From Acidimicrobiia bacterium (GTDB lineage Bacteria > Actinomycetota > Acidimicrobiia > Spongiisociales > ZC4RG35): a DNA stretch of 64,000 bases. The notes under the pieces were generated by a model that made no database searches, was not told the origin of the DNA, and worked only from the letters and a program-made list of their open reading frames with translations. Shown one piece after another: positions 60,685 to 64,000 of this stretch (its first letter is position 1; the number at the start of each line of letters is the position of its first letter). The translations under genes and the position numbers were made by a program. The stretch is from NCBI GenBank assembly GCA_965216495.1, contig OZ244163.1:1597672-1661671 (forward strand), in the 5' to 3' direction.

Positions 60685-61962
60685 GTGAACCCAATTCAGT
60701 CAATGCGGTCGATGGGCCCAAGGTATTTTGCCCTCTGGGTCGGTCAGACGATCAGCCAGTTCGGCACCTATATCGCACTTCTGACGATCCCGTTGCTCGT
60801 TCTCCACATCCAGGAGGCGGCCGGCGATGAGAACACGCTGGACTTCGCTCTCGCCTACGCGGCGGAAACTGCTCCAGCCCTGCTGATCGGCTTGACCGGC
60901 GGCTTGCTGCTCGATCGGCTCCACCTTCGCCCGGTGATGATTGCCACCGATCTCCTGAGGGCATGCGCCTTCTTCTATCTTGCAGGGTCGTTCGGCTCCT
61001 ATGGCGTCGTGACGGTGTTTGTCGTTGCATTCCTCGTGGGTTCCATGACGACGTTTTTTGACAGTGCCCTGTATGCGATGATCCCTGCCCTGGTTCCCGA
61101 GAATCGGCTTTCGGACGCGAACTCCTTCGTTACCGCATCGATCCAGGCCAACTTCGCTCTCGGCCCGCTGGTGGCTGGCGTCATGGCGGCGGTGTTCGCT
61201 GGGCCCGCGGTCGGCCTCTATCTCAATGGCCTGACCTTTGTGCTCTCGGCCGTCAGCTTGCTTTGGGTGGGTCGCGTCGCCCACCACAGAGACGCCACCC
61301 AAGCAACGGGGAGCTTTTGGAGCGAGTTCTCGGCCGGGATACGTCGCATTTGGAACGAACCACGGCTGAGGGTCTCAACGATTGCCTCAGCGGTCCCCAA
61401 CTTTGTCATGGGCTGGCTGGAGGCCACCTTCGTGGTCTTGGCAATGGTGGTACTCAAGACTGAGTCTGAAACCCAGATTGGAGTGCTCTTCTTCTTCATG
61501 GGAATTGGTGGACTCGTAGGAGCCCTCGTTGCGCCGAGAGTTATCCGGGCACTCGGCCTCGGGAGAACCATGACAGTTGGTCTGGGCATTTCTGGCCTCA
61601 CCCTCTTCGCCTTCATGTTCACGACCTATGGGCCGGTGGCGATGCTCCTGCTCGCCGTCTACATGTTCTTCATCTCGGTCCTGAACATCCCGCTAGCCAC
61701 CATCCGACAGACTTGGGCCGGCGAGTCGATGTTGGGACGAGTGGTGTCCGCGGCGCGTGCGATCGGGTGGGCCACTCTTCCGATCGGTGCTCTGGTCGGG
61801 GGTTTCCTCGGGAACACCGAATCAACCTATCTGGTCGTGGCCCGACTCTTCCCGCTCATTCTCGTCGTTTCAGCCTTCTGGCTAATGACGACTGTGATTT
61901 GGAAGGACACCTTCGGTGCCGAGTACGAAACTGCTGACGTGCCCGCCGAGTCAGCTTCCTAA
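60685..61962 (+). CDS. MFS transporter (macrolide-efflux/H+ antiporter-like)
   Basis: About 12 hydrophobic segments, LW.GQ.IS.FG, G.L.DR....VMI..DLLR and LGRV. Confidence 0.9.
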   Translation: MNPIQSMRSMGPRYFALWVGQTISQFGTYIALLTIPLLVLHIQEAAGDENTLDFALAYAAETAPALLIGLTGGLLLDRLHLRPVMIATDLLRACAFFYLAGSFGSYGVVTVFVVAFLVGSMTTFFDSALYAMIPALVPENRLSDANSFVTASIQANFALGPLVAGVMAAVFAGPAVGLYLNGLTFVLSAVSLLWVGRVAHHRDATQATGSFWSEFSAGIRRIWNEPRLRVSTIASAVPNFVMGWLEATFVVLAMVVLKTESETQIGVLFFFMGIGGLVGALVAPRVIRALGLGRTMTVGLGISGLTLFAFMFTTYGPVAMLLLAVYMFFISVLNIPLATIRQTWAGESMLGRVVSAARAIGWATLPIGALVGGFLGNTESTYLVVARLFPLILVVSAFWLMTTVIWKDTFGAEYETADVPAESAS

Positions 61963-62093
61963 GCGACGATCCGCGCCGCGATACTCAACCGGAAACCAGC
62001 TCCCCTCATTGCGCTGCAAAGCGTCAGGCTGTGACTGACCTCACGCAGCGCGGTCGAGTCGCGGCCAGGCTGAGGGACAATCGAGTAATACGG

Positions 62094-62180
62094 TGTCGGA
62101 GAGAGGACTCGAACCTCCACGGGGCTATAAACCCCACCAGATCCTTAGTCTGGCGCGTCTTCCAATTCCGCCACTCCGAC
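62094..62180 (-). tRNA. tRNA-Leu(AAG)
   Basis: GTCGGAG/CTCCGAC acceptor stem with discriminator A, anticodon arm CCAGA-CTAAGGA-TCTGG, long variable arm and TTCGAGT T-loop. CCA is not encoded (CCG follows). Confidence 0.93.
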
Positions 62181-62208
62181 AGTGTGGCTGAGCGATCTTA
62201 TCGCTGAC

Positions 62209-62448
62209 TCAGCTCAGGATAAATGTCAGCGCAAATGTGCTGATGCCAAACAAGATGCCTACCACGACAGTGAGCCGGTCGAGGTTGCGTTCAACAACCG
62301 TGGATCCGGTCAGATTCGAGGTCGACATTCCCCCACCGAACACATCAGACAATCCCCCACCTTTACCTGAGTGCAGAAGAACCAGCACCACGATGGCAAG
62401 AGAGAGAATGACATGTACGACGATGGCTAGGGCAGTGAGAAATTCCAT
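62209..62448 (-). CDS. secG: Preprotein translocase subunit SecG
   Basis: LLHSGKGGGLSDVFGGG...ERNLDRLT. Confidence 0.95.
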   Translation of the reverse strand: MEFLTALAIVVHVILSLAIVVLVLLHSGKGGGLSDVFGGGMSTSNLTGSTVVERNLDRLTVVVGILFGISTFALTFILS

Positions 62449-62520
62449 GTTGATAAAGAGAGAGTGTCGCTAAACGGACCCGGCAAGGTTACCACTGGCT
62501 CGGGCGCTTACCTACTCCAA

Positions 62521-63258
62521 TCAGCCGGCCTGTTTGCCCACGGCCTCTGCTGCGGCCTTCGCTGCCTCAGGATCGCCTAGATACGAACTCTCCAACGGTT
62601 GAAGCGCGTCGTCGAGTCGATAGACGAGCGGTATTCCAGTGGGGATGTTCAAACCCACGATCTCTTCGTCGGCAACGTCGTCGAGGTGCTTCACCAAAGC
62701 ACGAAGGGAGTTTCCGTGTGCAGCCACGAGAACCGTCCCGCCACTGTTCAGATCGGGAGCAATTCGATCTCGCCAATATGGAACCATCCGCTCGACGACA
62801 TCCTTGAGGCATTCGGTTCCCGGCGGGTCGTCCAGATTGTCATACCGCGGATCGTTGATGGGGTGACGCGGATCGGCAGGATCGAGAGCGGGCGGTCTCA
62901 CGTCATAAGCACGTCGCCAGGCAAGCACTCGGTCGCCGCCGCAGTCCTCTGCCATTTGCTTCTTGTTCAGCCCTTGAAGCGCCCCGTAGTGCCGTTCGTT
63001 GAGGCGCCAATCCCTGGTCACCGGAATGCTCCCCCAGCCTGCGGAATCGAGTGCCAGGTCTGCGGTGTCGATTGCCCGTCTCAGAACTGACGTGTGAACC
63101 ACATCGGGCCGTAACCCTGCTTCAGCCATCAATTGCCCTGCGTTTCGAGCTTCGTCACGGCCTTGAGAACTCAGATCGACGTCGGTCCAGCCAGTGAAGA
63201 GGTTGGCCGCATTCCAGATCGATTGACCATGTCTCAGAAGTACAAGGGTTCGGGTCAT
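62521..63258 (-). CDS. gpmA: 2,3-bisphosphoglycerate-dependent phosphoglycerate mutase
   Basis: [31 protein letters not shown] and IPTG motifs. Confidence 0.96.
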   Translation of the reverse strand: MTRTLVLLRHGQSIWNAANLFTGWTDVDLSSQGRDEARNAGQLMAEAGLRPDVVHTSVLRRAIDTADLALDSAGWGSIPVTRDWRLNERHYGALQGLNKKQMAEDCGGDRVLAWRRAYDVRPPALDPADPRHPINDPRYDNLDDPPGTECLKDVVERMVPYWRDRIAPDLNSGGTVLVAAHGNSLRALVKHLDDVADEEIVGLNIPTGIPLVYRLDDALQPLESSYLGDPEAAKAAAEAVGKQAG

Positions 63259-64000
63259 ACTCGGTACCTCACAATCGCCGCGAACTTGTCCGGATCGAGT
63301 GATGCCCCTCCCACTAGGGCCCCATCGACGTGTCGCTTGGCCATGATGTCCTTGACGTTTCCAGCGTTCACCGACCCGCCGTACAGGATTCTGATGACCT
63401 CGGCGGCTCCAGATCCGCCAAGATCTCTTAGGCTCGATCGGATTACTTCCGCCATAGAGCCAGCATCGTCAGCAGATGCGGTCCTCCCGGTTCCGATAGC
63501 CCACACTGGTTCATACGCGACAACGATTTGGGTCAGTTCGTCGGGGCTCAGCCCACGCACAGATCCGGCCAACTGAGAAAGGACCACCGCTTCAGCATCG
63601 CCGCTCTCGCGCTGGTCAAGCGACTCCCCTACACAAACGACCGGCGTCATGTCGGCTGCGACCACCGCCTTGGCTTTCTTGGCAACAACCTCATCGGTCT
63701 CGTCCATGTGCTGGCGACGCTCCGAGTGCCCAACGATGATGTGAGTGGCCCCAAGGCGCCTCAACATGGCGGGAGAAATCTCCCCGGTATAAGCACCGGA
63801 CTCCGCCCAGTGGCAGTTCTGAGCACCAAGACCGATCGGGATGTGATCCTGCTCGAGAACGATCTGAACCGACCTCATCGCCGTGAAAGGGGGCGCCACG
63901 ACTACCTCTACTTGGTCGTAGTCGTCCTGATCTAGCCGATACGAAAGCTTCTGGATCATCTGGATGGCTTCGAGATGATTGGCATTCATTTTCCAGTTGC
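63255..64000 (-). CDS. tpiA: Triosephosphate isomerase (5' end beyond the window)
   Basis: NWKM at the window edge, [30 protein letters not shown] and GALVGGASL. Confidence 0.97.
   Translation of the reverse strand, partial: NWKMNANHLEAIQMIQKLSYRLDQDDYDQVEVVVAPPFTAMRSVQIVLEQDHIPIGLGAQNCHWAESGAYTGEISPAMLRRLGATHIIVGHSERRQHMDETDEVVAKKAKAVVAADMTPVVCVGESLDQRESGDAEAVVLSQLAGSVRGLSPDELTQIVVAYEPVWAIGTGRTASADDAGSMAEVIRSSLRDLGGSGAAEVIRILYGGSVNAGNVKDIMAKRHVDGALVGGASLDPDKFAAIVRYRV

Noticed and set aside
62011-62076. Resemblance to SAH riboswitch or twister ribozyme fragments (GCGCTGCAA...CAGGCT and GTCCCTCAGCCTGG)
   Set aside because: Required conserved flanks and pairings are missing, and there is no suitably oriented downstream gene

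Overview
Core-chromosome region of a high-GC actinobacterium (about 60% GC by eye). Gene content and order point to class Acidimicrobiia, which is an inference. It contains the 3' end of leuA, ppk2, a heterodimeric ABC exporter, galE/phosphomannomutase, rnhB and tdh. It also holds an expanded gcvH-garA-ftsR-DUF151-MerR-gcvT cluster, tRNA-Pro(GGG) followed by a DUF222/HNH gene, the nadK-recN-pyrG-ald-xerD-scpAB-rluB-cmk-ispH-der block, a full Pup-proteasome locus (trmI-arc-dop-pup-prcBA-pafABC) with tat/helY, and tpiA-gpmA-secG-tRNA-Leu. I found no CRISPR array, prophage or classical IS. The most notable observations are: (1) the secG-linked tRNA-Leu has the rare A34 anticodon AAG; (2) an AbiEi/DUF559 nuclease gene is bracketed by two matching REP-like palindromes and has an amber codon at its predicted catalytic Glu; (3) a candidate C-loop (6C-like) sRNA lies between rluB and cmk; (4) several small ORFs are missing from the ORF track, including a Prli42-like miniprotein coupled to trmI and a CTG-start nuclease-like gene; (5) three sigma-28-like promoters are present, two sharing an identical 14-bp upstream motif. 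All calls come from reading motifs by eye, and no searches were run.
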